A stretch of 35,095 bases of DNA from Octopus bimaculoides (taxonomy: Eukaryota): NCBI RefSeq assembly GCF_001194135.2, contig NC_068981.1, positions 11,171,374-11,206,468 on the forward strand, read 5' to 3'. The position numbers were made by a program, and so were the translations under genes. A model generated the notes under the pieces. That model saw nothing but the letters and a program-made list of their open reading frames with translations, was not told where the DNA came from and ran no database searches. Of the stretch, positions 34,141 to 35,095 are shown piece by piece (position 1 is the first letter of the stretch; the number at the start of each line of letters is the position of its first letter).

Positions 34141-34418
34141 ATACACAAAAGAAAATTTAGGAAGTGGGGATGTAGCATTAATATAATTTATTAACTGCAA
34201 AAATAGAAATATTCTCTTACAGCTGTTTCAGTTTAGCCTAAACATTAAATTACCATAATTAAATCATCTGATGAGATTTTGCCTCATACAATAATTTAAT
34301 TGTTGTAATTCAATCTTTTGGCTAAATTGAAACAGCTGTAAGAGAATATGTTGGATTTTTGCAGTTAATAAATTATATTAATGCTACATCTCCATTTCCT
34401 AAATTCTCTTTTGCATAT
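34141..34418. mobile_element. Fold-back/MITE-like element, ~95-bp TIRs, TA-flanked
   Basis: caaaagaaaatttaggaagtggggatgtagcattaatataatttattaactgcaaaaat..atattctcttacagctgtttcagtttagcc (34146-34238) versus its reverse complement at 34320-34413, about 90% identical; the interior is also partly self-complementary. Confidence 0.8.
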
Positions 34419-35019
34419 TAATAAACCAAGATTTATATTTATATTGGCTATTAACCCTTAATGAGGTTATTTTAAACTCTAATTATATATATATAAGTTT
34501 GATATTCCAAGTGTGCTACTATTACAAGACTCCTTTGTTACACTGTAGAGATAATACGGTGTCTAACAAGATATATTGTAGCTTCTTAAATGCTTCTTTG
34601 GTGAAGAAAGAAGGTAAACCAATAAGTAGTGGCACATGTTACTGAAACGGAAACTGAAGGGGATAAAATTTTGAGAAATTCAGAATCATACTCAAGGAAT
34701 TATCCTGATAAGGGAATCGATGTATCAAATTTCAAGGAAGAATAATGGACGTATTTTTCAGTTTAGAATAAGCGTCATCTGTGAAATATTTCACTTGTCA
34801 CCTTGCACTGAGAAACAGACAATTTATATCCAATACATACACACACGCACGCACACACACACACACTCACACACGTGCACATACGCACACATGCACGCAC
34901 ACACACACGCCTGCGAACGCACTAGCACTCACAGAGACAAACTTACACACTGATGCACAATTATGTAAATGTATGTAACGAACAATATGCTAAAATATGA
35001 ATCATAATTATATATATAT

Positions 35020-35036
35020 ACACACACACACACTCA

Positions 35037-35095
<59 letters not shown>
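35020..35095. repeat. (CA)n/(TA)n microsatellite at window end
   Basis: Directly visible. Confidence 0.9.

Noticed and set aside
34268-34290. CTGATGAG inside the MITE interior
   Set aside because: Followed by no GAAA; part of the element's internal self-complementarity.

Overview
AT-rich eukaryotic scaffold window, dense in microsatellites and containing 11 N-gaps (about 3.2 kb). The SINE families and the repeat/gap style suggest an octopus/cephalopod short-read assembly; that is recall-based inference and was not searched. No host protein-coding gene can be established. Most long track ORFs are N-gap or microsatellite artefacts, and only a few splice-signal-bounded exon candidates remain. 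The window is mostly mobile-element debris. (1) At least 8 copies of a tRNA-headed SINE with an internal microsatellite, plus two other SINE families. (2) A Tx1/L1-like LINE relic (7.2-10.2 kb) with an ORF1 RRM-like region and a perfect CCHC knuckle; it lacks EN/RT and is a chimera of two subfamilies joined at a SINE. (3) An L1/Tx1 RT fragment at 32.4 kb. (4) A roughly 280-bp fold-back MITE at 34.1 kb. The most notable signals are two unrelated hammerhead-ribozyme (HHR) motifs of the minimal, Penelope-associated type. One is a canonical GUA-cleaving type I HHR at 10244-10296 (minus strand), next to a 108-nt hairpin. The other lies in the 3' tail of a tRNA-headed Pol III SINE at 20272-20590. 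That SINE is duplicated head-to-head as a roughly 620-bp palindrome flanked by an exact 13-bp direct repeat, with one HHR copy intact and one mutated.
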